Source: Nemertoderma westbladi
Taxonomy: Eukaryota; Animalia; Xenacoelomorpha
Direction: 5' to 3'
Assembly: GCA_032718475.1 (NCBI GenBank)
Contig: JAUCBJ010005279.1
Span: 20,990 to 84,989, forward strand
DNA length: 64,000 bases
Shown here piece after piece: positions 63,112-64,000 of this stretch (within the stretch, counting starts at the first letter, position 1; each line of letters starts with the position of its first letter). The notes beneath the pieces are model-generated. The model saw only the letters and a program-made list of their open reading frames with translations. It was not told the DNA's origin and searched no databases. The position numbers were made by a program, and so were the translations under genes.

Positions 63112-64000
63112 CTTCTCTCACCTCTTCAATGTCAGATGTTGCAAATACTGATAACATGAATAACGGTATATATTTCAATACTTGTTGTTCGCGCTTTCAG
63201 ACCTTTGGCAGTTTAACCCACCAAATTAAGATGTCTTCTAGATATTAAATCTGTTTTTTAGTCTATGACAAGTATTTGATTCACTACACTAGTCGAAACC
63301 AATCCGTGCGCGACCATTCACCCGCTGGATATTCCCGGGAGATTGGGTTCGACGGTTTAATTTTATTGCTATGTAAGCCTAATGTATTATTCGACTGACA
63401 GTACTATATAATCTCTGACAATATTATTCACCTTCGGTAATATTAACAGTTCCTTTAGGCGCTTTATCTATATAAACAGAGTTATGACTTAAACTACTCA
63501 CAACGATATGGCTTAATTATAATTCACATATATGGCGCATTCTTTAGGAATTGCTTCTTTAACAGACTCACTCATACACAATGCTGCACAATACTGCACA
63601 CTAATCTGCCAATCTTCACTGATTTTAGTCACATATAAAAGGAACACAGACTGACTCATGTAGGGTCTATCAAATAACATTAGATTCACTTCAAACCACT
63701 TTAACATAAGTCACAATCGTTTATCTGTAACCCTTCTCTCTTACCTTCGGTATATCAAGAATATTGGGTTTCGGGGTTGTTTATCGTTATTCCAAATATA
63801 ATAATTCATCAACCATATTATGAAGAACTGACGGTAAATAACAGTATAAAACAACAATGAAAACACTGATTGCTATGAGTTCGCAATGTTTCAGCAGTCA
63901 GCATGTATGATCAGTCAGCAGTGATTCCATGAGTTTGATCGGTATGTTAGTACCGGTATGTCAGCAGTGAGATATTTACAGTGAGATATTCAAGTAGTTT

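Overview
Eukaryotic (probably invertebrate animal) DNA, about 85% transposable elements. It holds three full-length, recently inserted but now mutated BEL/Pao LTR retrotransposons. A (2059-18591, -) sits in a decayed LINE with TSD ACAGC. C (25572-56209, -) sits in an RTE-LINE fragment with TSD TTTGT. B (34394-50678, +), a relative of A, is nested antisense inside C with TSD ATGTC. Also present: one host exon (coiled coil + fibrinogen C-terminal domain), two TTAA piggyBac-type non-autonomous elements, RTE and CR1-group LINE pieces, and two tandem arrays. Main signal: none of the three BEL elements has a tRNA-type (TGG) primer-binding site. The bases right after each 5' LTR are instead complementary to a sequence inside the element's own LTR, and this pairing co-varies between A and B, pointing to tRNA-independent self-priming. 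The elements also carry an extra ORF after pol (DEDDy 3'-5' exonuclease + 3 CCHC knuckles in C; a homologous knuckle module in A/B). A/B further show TA...TA LTR ends, a tRNA-derived Pol III A/B-box cassette in U3, and a 20-nt hairpin motif dispersed through coding and non-coding sequence. All coordinates and alignments were read by eye; no searches or folding programs were run.
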